Made by a program: the position numbers and the translations under genes | Source: an uncultured Verrucomicrobiae bacterium | GTDB taxonomy: Bacteria; Verrucomicrobiota; Verrucomicrobiia; Chthoniobacterales; JAFAMB01 | DNA length: 64,000 nt | NCBI GenBank assembly: GCA_963813025.1 | Contig: CAWEXO010000008.1 | Span: 160,001 to 224,000, forward strand | Reading direction: 5' to 3' | Shown here: positions 30,814 through 41,612 of the stretch, piece by piece | How the letters are laid out: each line of letters starts with the position of its first letter | Numbering within the stretch: position 1 is the stretch's first letter | The notes under the pieces: model-generated | Database searches by the model: none | Seen by the model: only the letters and a program-made list of their open reading frames with translations | Told to the model about the DNA's origin: nothing

Positions 30814-32409
30814 ATGCAACGACGTGCGTTTTTAAAAAGTGCAGCAGCGTTAGGATTGGCTGCAGGAACATCAACGGCGAGTGCCGTAGCAGCCCTACGG
30901 CAAACGGCTTCTGAAGGAACCCCTTTACCAGACAACATTGCCGCGGCCCTGGCACGTTTTCGCGAGACAATCCCCCCCAATTTTGATTCCACCTATGTTG
31001 AGAACGCGGTTGTTCCTTTTTTCCTAACCAGCTTCTACGAAGGGGAAAGACCGCTTCTACCGATGATCGATCTTAACCTCAGTAAGGAAAACGCCCTGCC
31101 CCACGATCTTTGGGGCTTGATTTACAAGGAGTGGAAACCGACGCCTGAGGAAGGTGTCACCGTCTTTTTGCAGGGACTGGAGAACCGTGGCGATAATAAT
31201 CTCCGCAAACGAATCTACTTCTCCGCTGTCAGTCCAGATCTATACCATCCGATGTATGGCGATAAGGTTGTTGCTTTCTTCGATCAGCTCATGGCCCCGG
31301 AATTTGCTGGTAAACCCTTCATGCGGCACTATCTCGACTATTATTTCGACATCTATTGGGATCTGCATCTTGGCGTCAAGGGTGAGGCTATCCCAAAGGA
31401 GGTCCGAGAGATTGGAGAGGCCTTTAACACTGTTCTGGCCTATCGCGACCCGCTGCTACCCATCGTCTATGAGAACTACATGGCGGTGCGCAACCTCCTC
31501 GACTTCCTCAAGCAGTGGATCGATGAACGTCTTGAGGATCTCGCTACCGGACGCACCGCTAATCCTGAAAAGACCATGGCCTGGTACTGGCTGAAAAACG
31601 CCGGGGATGGTAAGCATTTTAGCAAGAAGGATATCGTTTTTGAATGTTTCCACAATTTTGTAGCGTTCAGTCAGTGGGGTAATAGTATTTTTGGTATTAT
31701 GTCGCGCCTGAGTGAAAGCGGCGGTGATGCAGAAGTCCGCGAAGCATTCCAAAAGACGATGGCCGGTGATTTCGATAACGCCAATGGTGAGCCGTATACT
31801 CCCTTGGAACTGTTCGTAATGGAACTGTTCCGCACCATTTCGCCCAATGGTGGTAGCATCTCGGCTATCCAGGATGCCCGGGAAAAAACATTCTTTGGTC
31901 AATCACCGCACACCCGCTTCGGCCTGCCGTTTGAACGGAGTAGCTATATCAGCACCCCGCACACCAGCACCAGTTTCAGCCCAATACATTGGAAGAATCC
32001 AGAACAATTTGATCCTGAACGCTATCGCAGCGTGCCGACCAGTGCCGAGATTGACGAAGAGAAATGTAAGCAGATCGGCCTTGCCCGTTGCCCATTCGAT
32101 ATCACCACGCTTGCGGTCAAAGATGGACGAAAGGTCGAGGTAACCAATAGCGGCTTCGGGACGGTGTTCGGGGTCGCGGATGGTAAGCCGAAGCCGGTGT
32201 GCGATTATGCTGGCTTTGCGCCGTTTGGTTTCAGCTATCGCCGTTGTCCCGGTGAACAGTTGACGATCCAGGTATTCGAGGATTTCCTTCGTAAGGTTGC
32301 GCGTGACAAGATCGTTTTCCGTACGCTCGATTTGGCCAACCCAGGACGGGTGCCTATCGGGCCGAGCACGGTGATCGATGATAATATCGGATTCAACAAA
32401 CCTTCCTGA
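30814..32409 (+). CDS. Atypical cytochrome P450 with twin-arginine signal
   Basis: MQRRAFLK Tat motif; ELFR (ExxR), FDPERY, PFGFSYRRCPG heme-Cys loop. Confidence 0.85.
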   Translation: MQRRAFLKSAAALGLAAGTSTASAVAALRQTASEGTPLPDNIAAALARFRETIPPNFDSTYVENAVVPFFLTSFYEGERPLLPMIDLNLSKENALPHDLWGLIYKEWKPTPEEGVTVFLQGLENRGDNNLRKRIYFSAVSPDLYHPMYGDKVVAFFDQLMAPEFAGKPFMRHYLDYYFDIYWDLHLGVKGEAIPKEVREIGEAFNTVLAYRDPLLPIVYENYMAVRNLLDFLKQWIDERLEDLATGRTANPEKTMAWYWLKNAGDGKHFSKKDIVFECFHNFVAFSQWGNSIFGIMSRLSESGGDAEVREAFQKTMAGDFDNANGEPYTPLELFVMELFRTISPNGGSISAIQDAREKTFFGQSPHTRFGLPFERSSYISTPHTSTSFSPIHWKNPEQFDPERYRSVPTSAEIDEEKCKQIGLARCPFDITTLAVKDGRKVEVTNSGFGTVFGVADGKPKPVCDYAGFAPFGFSYRRCPGEQLTIQVFEDFLRKVARDKIVFRTLDLANPGRVPIGPSTVIDDNIGFNKPS

Positions 32410-32612
32410 ACAGGAAGTGGGAGGGACCCGTGAATCGGTGCCTTTAGACTAAGCGCTTTTCGTACTGGCTCCGCTTTGCTCCTTAACCCGAGCAGGCACC
32501 GACAAAGAAAGTGCCCCGCCTCGAAGACCTCGGACGCGGTGGCACGCAGATTCTGGCTGGCAAACAAGGGAACAGAAGACGCGATCTAAATTACTGGAAA
32601 ACATAGTCGACT

Positions 32613-32867
32613 GTGATGAAACTAACACTTTCCGCACTCTGCGCGCTCGCGGTTATCATCGATAACTGCGGCTGCGCCACACAGGGCGATCGGCCTGTCG
32701 CCTCCGCCGGCTCTTCGGCTCCCGCCGTGGTGACAATTGATTTTGTTGACCCAGGGAGATTTTCTGACTTTCGTGTCAACAATCGCGACTTCCAAAGTCG
32801 TCCACCGTTTTTTACCCGGAACGTAACCAACCCGCTCCAACCGGTAATCGGATCAACTTACTTTTAA
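32613..32867 (+). pseudogene. Truncated DUF3016-like exported protein
   Basis: Signal/lipobox-like start, then VTIDFVDPGRFSDF; ends early. Confidence 0.4.
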
Positions 32868-33135
32868 TTAAACTTTCCTGCGTTTGGGGGAACTAGTGAA
32901 GGCGATAGGTCAATTCTCGGATGGGACGCCATCCATGGCTCAAGATACGACCGCCGGCCGCGACATCGAAAACACCCATGGAAGCAATCCACGAATATTG
33001 CGACCGTACGGTTCGGGGGTCAAAAGGAGACGGTCACACAACGATCGTATCACCAGCCAGTAAGGCTGGGAGTACCCTTCCCAATAAAATCGTGGGCCAC
33101 TTAATATTAAATCGTTCCAGCTAACCGGGACGGCT

Positions 33136-34563
33136 TCACACGTAGAGATCAATCGGTCCGGAGCTGTCTTCCATTAGGTCTTCCTTGGTGTCGGCGAGTA
33201 TAATTTCGTAGGCGGCTCGCACTCCGGAGAGGAAGGCACCGTGGACCGTGGACGGGAAGTATTGGGAGGTCGCTTCGCCGGCGAAGAAGATCCGGCTTTC
33301 GACGGGCATGCCGATCTGGCGGCGCAAGCTTTGTTTGGACCCGACAGGGACATAGGAATAGGAGCCGAGGGTGTAGGGATCCTGGTTCCAACGTGTGACC
33401 AGATATCCGCTCGGCTCGGGGATCTCTTTCCCATACATTTTCCGCAGGGATACCATCAGGGCAGCCACGACTTCGCTGTCGCTGCCGAGTTCGTTTTTCT
33501 CGCCGGCCGCTCCTGCGCTGAAAGCCAGCAACACGGGCCAACCGGCGATTTTGTGGAAATTGACGATTTCGGGCCAGTCACAATCAGAGCTTCCCATATA
33601 GCCGATCAACTCGTAGTCCTTGTCCCAGAAAACCTCGGCGAATTTGAGGAAGATTTTGTTGAAAACGCCCATCCTGGCTTCGCGGATGGCCTCTCGTTTG
33701 CTAGCGGGCAGACTCGGGTTAAAAGCGATGCGCCCGGCCTGTAGGACGCCAAGGGGCACCGTGACGAGTACGTGATGAGCATGGTAGCTGCCCTGGTTGG
33801 TCAGAACGTCGACGAGTGCGCCCGAGTAATCGATTTGCTTCACTTCGTGCTCAAGGAGAATTTGGGAGTCCGAAGCCAGCTTGTCGGTAAGCTGGCTGTA
33901 GCCTTGCGGAAAAACCCGATCGTGTCCCGCGAAGTTGAGAGCCTTGTCGTGTTCGAGTAGGGACACCTCGGATCGTGGACCGGCCCATTCGTGCTCGAGA
34001 TAGGTGCGGGCGATGAAGTTTAACCATCGGCGCTGCTCGGGATTGAAGTTCTGGGTGACAGCAAATTCCTCCTCCACGGCCAGGAGGGACATCTCCCGGC
34101 CTTCCTTCTGTTTGAGGGCAATGAAGTCGAGATAGTCGGCCATCATTTCGGAGATCTCGACGGTCTCCTGTCTGCCGAGGCGGCGGCCGTCCTCGTCATA
34201 CAAGGCGACCGATCGGTAACGGGCGGGGGAAACGCTCGAGATATCCGTGCGGAGAATTTCAATCCCGTGCCGTTTCGCCAACCGCGAGATGGGGTTGTCC
34301 TCGAAGCCGTGAATCCACGAGGCTCCCAGGTCGGCCGGCACGCCCAAATCGCGCGAGGTCCAAATGCGGCCGCCGATCCGGTTGCGAGCTTCGAGCACTA
34401 GGACATCGTATCCATCGATGCTGAGATCCCGCGCGGCAGCCAACCCGGCGATTCCGGCCCCGACGACAATGACTTCGACTTTCTGTCGTGTTGTACCCAT
34501 GGAGAAGGATTTTTCCGTACTCCATGACAGTCTGGTCCGCCGGTGATTGTCGATTGTTTTCAT
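33136..34563 (-). CDS. Flavin monoamine/polyamine oxidase family
   Basis: VGAGIAGLAAA, LEARNRIGGR, DLGASWIHG, GSYSY, FAGEAT, TVHGAFLSG. Confidence 0.92.
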   Translation of the reverse strand: MKTIDNHRRTRLSWSTEKSFSMGTTRQKVEVIVVGAGIAGLAAARDLSIDGYDVLVLEARNRIGGRIWTSRDLGVPADLGASWIHGFEDNPISRLAKRHGIEILRTDISSVSPARYRSVALYDEDGRRLGRQETVEISEMMADYLDFIALKQKEGREMSLLAVEEEFAVTQNFNPEQRRWLNFIARTYLEHEWAGPRSEVSLLEHDKALNFAGHDRVFPQGYSQLTDKLASDSQILLEHEVKQIDYSGALVDVLTNQGSYHAHHVLVTVPLGVLQAGRIAFNPSLPASKREAIREARMGVFNKIFLKFAEVFWDKDYELIGYMGSSDCDWPEIVNFHKIAGWPVLLAFSAGAAGEKNELGSDSEVVAALMVSLRKMYGKEIPEPSGYLVTRWNQDPYTLGSYSYVPVGSKQSLRRQIGMPVESRIFFAGEATSQYFPSTVHGAFLSGVRAAYEIILADTKEDLMEDSSGPIDLYV

Positions 34564-34815
34564 CTTCGCCGACCGATGAGAGAGTACCACCGCCGACGAT
34601 CCCGTCATGCTTAGGGTCACGACCAGAGTCTCCAAACCCTTGGTGCGGTGATTCTGAAACTGGTCAGCTAACACCTGAACCGAACGACCAAAAGATCAGC
34701 GGTAAAAAGGCTTGCGATTGCTCGATCAATCTCCTTCCCGAGCTTCGCGGTCATTTTTGCGATGTCGTCGGCCATCTACAGCCGCTGCCGGATTCCTTTG
34801 CGAACGATTCCGAAC

Positions 34816-35067
34816 ATGAATCCAAATCAGCAGGACGAGAAGAAAGAAGAGCACGCAGAGCCCGGCCGACAGGGGGCGTCCCAAAAAAGCCCCGGAGAAG
34901 AGCTGGCGGAGCTTTTGACCGCCCGGCCAGCGACTTATTCTAAGAAGGAGAAACCGCGAACCGCCGAGAAGGAACAAATGCTCGCTCCCCAGGAAGAGTA
35001 CGTCGAGGATCAATCCCGATCCGCCGCGCACCAGAAGAGAAAGCGAGATCGCAAACGCAGTGCATGA
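34816..35067 (+). CDS. Small hydrophilic protein
   Basis: Highly charged 83-aa ATG ORF. Confidence 0.5.
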   Translation: MNPNQQDEKKEEHAEPGRQGASQKSPGEELAELLTARPATYSKKEKPRTAEKEQMLAPQEEYVEDQSRSAAHQKRKRDRKRSA

Positions 35068-35144
35068 GGTGCAACGTGTAAATATGCCCCAAGAAGACCG
35101 TGGTGAAAGTCGAGGCGGCGAGGTCATCCCCAGGTAGAAAGCCT

Positions 35145-36092
35145 ATGCCGGACGGTACATTCCCGCCTAATCTTAGCGATGAGATTGGTCAGCGGTGGTG
35201 GGCCGCCGCTCGATCGGGTGACCTGGAAACGGCGTGGCAGCAAAGCGACCGATTGCTGGACGCACGGCAGTCATGGTCGGATTTGCCTCGTTGTTTTCGA
35301 CCGCTATGGGATGGCACGTCGATCGACAAACGCGCGGTGCTCGTGCGCTGCTGGCGCGGGTTAGGCGACGCTATCCACTACGCCCGGTACATCTCGCTGC
35401 TCCGTGTTCGAGCCGCGTCAGTTTTTCTGGAAGTTCCCCCGGAGCTTCTCTCGGTTTTTGCCTGTCTTCCCCTGGATGGAATTTTCCCGCTCGACTCTCT
35501 ACCCGAGCTGCCGTCCGACATCGTAGAGATCGAATCGACCGAATTGCCATACGTTTTTCGAACCACACTGAAAACCGTTCCGGCTGACGTGCCGTACCTG
35601 CAGATCCCTTTGTCGGGCGTCCCTTCTGTTCCGGCGGAGGGCCTGAACGCTGGACTGTGCTGGGCCGGAGGAACCTACGATCCGCGCCGGGCGGTCCCGG
35701 CAGCGGAGTTGGCTCCCCTCTTCAACGCTCGAGGCGTGAACTGGTTTCAATTGCAAAGGGGCTGGCCGATCAACGGATTTCTTCCATTCAGGAACCCTGA
35801 ACAACAATCGATGGACCTTTTACCGACAGCCGCTTTGATCAACCAGCTCGACGTAGTTATTACCGTCGACACAATGGTGGCACACCTGGCGGGTGCCTTG
35901 GCGAAACCAGTCTGGACCCTGCTGCACGCCGACTCCGATTGGCGTTGGTTCCGAGACCGGCCCGATTCACCCTGGTATCCAACGATGCAGCTGTTTCGCC
36001 AAGCCAAAGCGAACGAATGGCGTCCTGTCGTCCAAACAGTGGCAGAGAAACTCTATCGCCGCGCAGCACACCCGCTCGTTCGATCCCTCTGA
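35145..36092 (+). CDS. GT9-like glycosyltransferase
   Basis: GLGDAIHYARY, GLCWAG, LDVVITVDTMVAHLAGAL, SPWYPTMQLFRQ. Confidence 0.85.
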   Translation: MPDGTFPPNLSDEIGQRWWAAARSGDLETAWQQSDRLLDARQSWSDLPRCFRPLWDGTSIDKRAVLVRCWRGLGDAIHYARYISLLRVRAASVFLEVPPELLSVFACLPLDGIFPLDSLPELPSDIVEIESTELPYVFRTTLKTVPADVPYLQIPLSGVPSVPAEGLNAGLCWAGGTYDPRRAVPAAELAPLFNARGVNWFQLQRGWPINGFLPFRNPEQQSMDLLPTAALINQLDVVITVDTMVAHLAGALAKPVWTLLHADSDWRWFRDRPDSPWYPTMQLFRQAKANEWRPVVQTVAEKLYRRAAHPLVRSL

Positions 36093-36174
36093 AGCGGAGA
36101 CATCGATTGGCGCCACTAAGCCCGTTGGTAAAATCTCACGCCGCTTCGAAATGCAGATTCGATGATCCAATACG

Positions 36175-36726
36175 TCAGGCACTACTTTCTGAATCCCGGG
36201 TCTCCTGCCCGATTCGATCCAGCACCTTTTCCGGACGAATATCCTGCTTCAGCTCATCAAGCTCGGGTGAAGTGCTGGCATTCACTCCGATCTTCTCGCC
36301 AATTTGCGACACCAACTGGATGAGCTTGGTGACTTCGTGTTCGGAAAGTAAGCTGACCTGCAAATCCAGGTCAGCGCGCCTTTCGCTTATCAGGCTCATC
36401 CGGTTTTGGGAGATAAGGATAAAGGTTGAGAGGAAAATTGCTTCGACCGAGGCGGACGTACCCAGAATCACAAACGTCGAATCAAATCGAGGCAATGGCA
36501 GCCAGCCGATATTGATAATCGTCCAAAGAGCGAAAATAACGGCATGGATGTAGACAAAGGGCATGCTGCCGGCAAAGCGAGTAATCGCGTCAGCGGCCTT
36601 TTGCTCTAAGCTGGATCCCTGCTCTTCCTGACGCCGTTTTTCGAGCAGCTTTTTAATATTTCGCACCAACACTTCGTTCATCCCGGATTCGGAAGTCGGT
36701 GAACCGTTATCTTGGATGGTCTTCAC
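36175..36726 (-). CDS. DUF1003 membrane protein
   Basis: ADAITRFAGS, SVEAIFLSTFILISQNR. Confidence 0.88.
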   Translation of the reverse strand: MKTIQDNGSPTSESGMNEVLVRNIKKLLEKRRQEEQGSSLEQKAADAITRFAGSMPFVYIHAVIFALWTIINIGWLPLPRFDSTFVILGTSASVEAIFLSTFILISQNRMSLISERRADLDLQVSLLSEHEVTKLIQLVSQIGEKIGVNASTSPELDELKQDIRPEKVLDRIGQETRDSESSA

Positions 36727-36837
36727 TTAGCTTATGCTTCGCAAGCAACGTAGGAACCGGACGGGTTCTCAAGGCAACGGCTGTCTCGGGCGCCCGAGAT
36801 TTACGGTGTTCTAAAGCAGAGTCAAAACGACCTTTGT

Positions 36838-37944
36838 TCAGCCGGCACTCTGTGGAGCGAGTTTTTGCACTTCCGGCGTATCGCCCCCCAGCCAATCCGG
36901 GTGCCTGGCTGTTGTATCGAAATGGGAAGTGGTTTTGAAAAGTTCGTATTTGCCAGCGGCTCCGCTGGCCTTGGTTTCAGCTAATAGGGAAGCCACTTCG
37001 TCTTCGTCCATGGGACGAAAACTCTTCGCTGCCTGAAAAGCCTGATCGAGCACCGCCTGTTTGTCGATCCCGGTGATAACGACCGACGTCGGCAAATTTA
37101 GCGAATAATGCAGGCACTTGATCGGGTCCAGCGCTCCACTTTTCAAAATAACGCCATCGGCGCCTCCGAAAGTTTTCATGCCGAGAACTCCAACGCCTTC
37201 CTGAACCGCTTGAGGCACGACAAGATGAGCAAAGCTGCGGAAATGCGCATCCATGACGTTCAGTGGCATCTGAACCGTATCAAAATGAAAGCCATGCCGG
37301 GCGGCGACAGCCAGCATGTAAAGATGGATTCTCGGATCCTTATGCCCAGTAAACCCAATAAACCGCACTTTTCCGGCTTTCTTGGCTGCCAGAAATGCTC
37401 CCATCGCGCCGTCCTCCGCAAAAATTCGGTCCGGATCGTCGAACCGCAGAATCTCATGGTGCTGAAGAAGATCGACACGATCGGTCTTTAAACGTTCGAG
37501 CGAGGTTTCAATCTGGCGGGTAGCATTATCTTTCGTCCGCCCATCAATCTTCGTCATGAGGAAGACCTTGTCACGGTAGCCGCTTTCGGAGAGCGCTTTA
37601 CCCATCCGGAGCTCGCTTTGCCCCTCATTATAATCCCAGGAGTTGTCCATGAAGGTGATCCCGCGATCAATCGCTTCGTGAATCAATCGGATCGATTCGG
37701 ACTCAGGCACAGCGGGCTTGCCGATGTGTGAGCCGCCCAAGCCAATCGCGGAAACCCGTTCACCGGTCTTTCCCAAAATCCGGTAAAGCATCTCGCCCCG
37801 TAATTCTCCAGGGTCCGTTACCCGGGGCAGCCTGGTCGGATTTGACTGGTTTTCGTTTTCTTCCGCCGCGTTGGAGCGAAGCACGCCAGTGGATCCGGCC
37901 AACCCAAGTGCGGAAGCTATTTTGATAAAGTCGCGTCTATCCAT
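36838..37944 (-). CDS. Aldo/keto reductase with Tat-like leader
   Basis: MDRRDFIK; DNSWDY, FLMTK, SLERLKTDRVDLLQHH. Confidence 0.9.
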   Translation of the reverse strand: MDRRDFIKIASALGLAGSTGVLRSNAAEENENQSNPTRLPRVTDPGELRGEMLYRILGKTGERVSAIGLGGSHIGKPAVPESESIRLIHEAIDRGITFMDNSWDYNEGQSELRMGKALSESGYRDKVFLMTKIDGRTKDNATRQIETSLERLKTDRVDLLQHHEILRFDDPDRIFAEDGAMGAFLAAKKAGKVRFIGFTGHKDPRIHLYMLAVAARHGFHFDTVQMPLNVMDAHFRSFAHLVVPQAVQEGVGVLGMKTFGGADGVILKSGALDPIKCLHYSLNLPTSVVITGIDKQAVLDQAFQAAKSFRPMDEDEVASLLAETKASGAAGKYELFKTTSHFDTTARHPDWLGGDTPEVQKLAPQSAG

Positions 37945-38253
37945 GACTTATTGTCCTTTATGACCAACAGGATCGCGCCGCGCCGGTGAAACGGACTTCT
38001 CGGTTCTGCCAGCTTTGCCCGGTCGCTTGCCAACCTTTGCGAAGGAAGGCGTGCCACTCAATGGCCAGCGACGACTCTACCATGTCACGGGGAAATTTAC
38101 GAGTCACCGGAGGTCAGATGCCTAGGTCGCGCCGGCCCATTTTCGACGCAAGGATGGCACCCGCATATGAGAGACGGTGCACTAGCACGAGACAATCTTC
38201 GGCGCGGTCAGTCGATGCACGCTATAGTCGGGGCAACCGCGAACAGAGTGATT

Positions 38254-39426
38254 ATGAAAGCTCTTTGCTGGTACGGAAAAGAGGATGTTCGGGTCGAAAC
38301 AGTGGAGGATCCGAAAATCGCACACCCGACCGACGCAATCGTAAGAATCACCGCGACTGCCATCTGTGGATCTGATCTCCATCTCTACGACGGGTTAATG
38401 CCCACGATGGAAAAAGGCGACATCCTTGGCCACGAACCGATGGGTGAGGTCGTCGAGGTCGGCGCGGAAGTAAAAAAAATCAAGGTGGGCGACCGCGTGG
38501 TTGTTCCATTCACGATCTCCTGCGGGTCCTGCTGGTACTGTAAGCGCGGTCTCTTTTCGCTTTGCGACAATAGCAACCCAAATGCGGAGATGGCCAAAAA
38601 GGCGATGGGTCAGTCTCCCGCCGGTCTATTCGGTTATTCCCATATGCTGGGCGGGTACCCGGGTGGGCAAGCCGAATATCTGCGCGTGCCTTTTGCGGAC
38701 GTCGGTCCCCTCAAAATTCCGGACGGATTGAGTGATGAACAGGTTCTTTTTTTATCCGACATTTTTCCGACGGGATATATGGCGGCCGAGAACGCCCAGA
38801 TTGAACCAGGCGATACCGTTGCGGTGTGGGGATGCGGACCGGTTGCCCAGTTCGCGATCAAAAGCGCCTGGATGTTCGGAGCGGGCCGGGTGATTGCCAT
38901 TGATCGAGTACCGGAACGGTTGCAGATGGCTTCAGAACAGGGCAAAGCGGAAATAATCAATTTCGAAAACGAAAATGTCCAGGAGCGTTTGATGGAAATG
39001 ACGTCGGGACGGGGACCGGATCGTTGTATTGATGCGGTTGGCGCCGAAGCACACAGCAGTTCTGGGTTATCGGCAGTCGTCGACAAGGCGAAAGAGGTGG
39101 TTGCTCTTGGAGCCGACCGTCCGCATGCGCTTCGCGAAGCGATCCTGAGCTGCCGCAAAGGCGGCACGGTTTCAGTGCCGGGCGTGTATGTCGGTTTTCC
39201 CAGTCACCTGCCATTTGGCGCGGCCATGAACAAGGGATTGACCATCAAGATGGGCCAAACACACGTCCAGAGGTACACTGAACCCCTGCTGCAGAAGATC
39301 GTGTCCGGTGAGATCGATCCTTCTTTCGTTATCACCCACCGGGTCGAGCTCGAGGCCGCTCCAAAAATGTACAAAACATTTCGCGACAAGGAGGATGGCT
39401 GCATCAAGGTCGTACTGAAACCCTGA
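38254..39426 (+). CDS. Zn-dependent alcohol/formaldehyde dehydrogenase (YbdR-like)
   Basis: ICGSDLH, GHEPMG, CGSCWYC...[14 protein letters not shown]. Confidence 0.93.
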   Translation: MKALCWYGKEDVRVETVEDPKIAHPTDAIVRITATAICGSDLHLYDGLMPTMEKGDILGHEPMGEVVEVGAEVKKIKVGDRVVVPFTISCGSCWYCKRGLFSLCDNSNPNAEMAKKAMGQSPAGLFGYSHMLGGYPGGQAEYLRVPFADVGPLKIPDGLSDEQVLFLSDIFPTGYMAAENAQIEPGDTVAVWGCGPVAQFAIKSAWMFGAGRVIAIDRVPERLQMASEQGKAEIINFENENVQERLMEMTSGRGPDRCIDAVGAEAHSSSGLSAVVDKAKEVVALGADRPHALREAILSCRKGGTVSVPGVYVGFPSHLPFGAAMNKGLTIKMGQTHVQRYTEPLLQKIVSGEIDPSFVITHRVELEAAPKMYKTFRDKEDGCIKVVLKP

Positions 39427-39427
39427 T

Positions 39428-39960
39428 CTACTTGATGGCCGTCACGTTGATGGCCGATTTGGCCAATTGCGTCAGCTTCTTGTCTGTTTCTTCTTCCTCA
39501 CGCGAGGTCTGTTGGAGCAGCAGGGCGCCTTCTGTGTCCCCGAGCAATTCCGCGTACGTGCGGGCGCTTCCGTATCCGGCCATCTCGGTTCTTTCGGCAA
39601 ATGAGATTTGTGGAAGCTTGTAAATGGAATTAAACAAATTCACTCTGTTCCGCGGATGAGGACAGAATGACCGCAGGGACTGATACTCCGGTAGACTTCC
39701 TGGCTCGCCGCGAGCAATAGCCAGCCTCGACAGCGAGCGTTTTTTGGCTTGGAACAAGAGTGGACCAACTCAAAGAGGTGTGCGATTCGCTGACGAAGCT
39801 GACTGATTACCAGCGTCCGGCCGGCTAGGAAGCTGATCGGATCCCGGTCCCGCGTTGCGATTCCCAGATCCCGGGGCCTCGGTCGACCTCCAGTCTTCCA
39901 GGATTTCGCTGCGTTTGCTCGCTCATACAACAGATCGACGTCGCACCCTGAGCCGGATGT
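39428..39960 (-). pseudogene. Degenerate YciF/DUF892 ferritin-like gene
   Basis: C-terminal EMAGYGSARTYAELLG...EEETDKKLTQLA is intact; upstream part is decayed and out of frame. Confidence 0.7.
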
Positions 39961-40059
39961 ACTTTGTCCCATCCCATTTCTTCGGAAGAAAGCTGGTTTG
40001 AACGTTGCAAGTCGCATTCCGCTCCATATAGATTAGTTTACGCATGCCAAGCCTCTTTT

Positions 40060-40659
40060 ATGGACGAGGAGAACGATTCGAAAGTCATTTGTTCGGTACT
40101 CGATCAGTTTTGCGTTCCGGCGGCTTTGGTCGACCAGACTGAGAACTGCTTTCTCGCCTACAACCAAAGTTTTCAGGATGCGGTGGATCCCGAAGGTCGT
40201 CTTCTAAAGACCAAGCTGCCCAACGATTTGATCACTCTTCTGAAACCCGGCACCCCCAAGGACATTACCGAGGCCGTCCATCCCTCCCGGTCTCAGGCGT
40301 GCCGGGTTGGAACGACCGATCCGACCCAAGTTCGCACCGGACAATGCTTTCTGCGGGAAGACAACAAGTCCTTGCTGATTCTGGATACTCCGGATGAAGA
40401 GGATGGCCAAAAAGAGCGCGCCACCGGCAAACTCATCGGCCGGCTGATGGAGAAGGCGCGAGTCCGACGACTTTTTCATGATGCGATCAGCCCGGAAATT
40501 CTGGGCGCCGCTTTCGTGGCGGAAGCGCTCACCTGCCGCTTAGACTCCACGGGTAACGCTCGGGCGATCGAAGTGAAGGCTCTCTCCCGGCAACTCAGCG
40601 AGCTCATCGCCAATCTGCATTCGGCAATCAACGAAGATGACGCCTCGACCAAGCGATAA
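40060..40659 (+). CDS. PAS-like plus HisKA_3-like protein without ATPase domain
   Basis: PAALVD...AYNQSF, EKARVRRLFHDAISPEI; overlaps the response regulator start. Confidence 0.6.
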   Translation: MDEENDSKVICSVLDQFCVPAALVDQTENCFLAYNQSFQDAVDPEGRLLKTKLPNDLITLLKPGTPKDITEAVHPSRSQACRVGTTDPTQVRTGQCFLREDNKSLLILDTPDEEDGQKERATGKLIGRLMEKARVRRLFHDAISPEILGAAFVAEALTCRLDSTGNARAIEVKALSRQLSELIANLHSAINEDDASTKR

Positions 40660-41332
40660 GGCGGCTGCCCGGACTGAGGCTACAACCCGCATCCTGGTTG
40701 TTGATGATCATCCCGTGGTGATTCGCGGTCTCGAAGACTTAATCTCGAAGGAGCCGGATTTGGTGGTATGCGGTTATGCGGATTCAGCCCCCCTCGCTCT
40801 GGAACGACTTCGCTCTTTGCATCCGGACCTGGCGATCGTCGATATCACCTTACGGGGCACCAGCGGGATCGAACTGGTGAAACTGATGAAAGCCGAGAGA
40901 CCCAAACTTCCGATCTTGGTACTCTCGATGCACGACGAATCGTTATATGCTCTCCGGGCCCTCAAAGCCGGAGCGCTCGGCTACCTGATGAAGGCCGAGG
41001 CTGTTCAGCACGTCATCTCCGGTATTCGCCGCGTGTTGGAAGGGCGAATTTTCGTTAGCCCGCGCTTCAGCGAACAGCTGATCTACAAAGCGGTCCAGTC
41101 GATCGAGTCGGGATCAAGCTCTCCGATCGACGCGTTGTCGGACCGCGAACTGGAAGTTCTTGAACTTCTCGGAAAGGCGCATAATACCCGCTCAATCGCA
41201 AAGATGCTGAACCTGAGCGTCAAAACCATCGAGACGCACCGCGCCCATATCAAGGAGAAGCTCGGTTTTAAGGACGCGACCGAAATGGTCCGTTTCGCGA
41301 TTGACTGGGTTGCCCAGCAGGATCTCAACTGA
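40637..41332 (+). CDS. NarL/LuxR-family response regulator
   Basis: VVDDHP, IVDITL, LSDRELEVL, LSVKTIETHR. Confidence 0.95.
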   Translation: MTPRPSDKAAARTEATTRILVVDDHPVVIRGLEDLISKEPDLVVCGYADSAPLALERLRSLHPDLAIVDITLRGTSGIELVKLMKAERPKLPILVLSMHDESLYALRALKAGALGYLMKAEAVQHVISGIRRVLEGRIFVSPRFSEQLIYKAVQSIESGSSSPIDALSDRELEVLELLGKAHNTRSIAKMLNLSVKTIETHRAHIKEKLGFKDATEMVRFAIDWVAQQDLN

Positions 41333-41612
41333 ACTCGGATCGTGCGTCCGGCCGCGAGTTCGTCTGTAACGAGCGCCTCGGAATATTCTTGGGCTCTGTG
41401 CTGGTTGGACGATCCGCCTTGCCGGACGAGTGTCAGCGAGAACTTGTTTGACGTGTCCGCCATAGCCTCGGCGAAGGCGGAGCGTTTTGGAGGTGTGGCA
41501 CATCCCTTATGTTCGGCTCAAACGAGTCCTCGCTAAGGCTTCTCCTCCGCTAAAGCTTCGGCGAAGACGTCGGATAAATTTTCGCCCTACCGGAGCAGGG
41601 CCGAGGCCAAGG

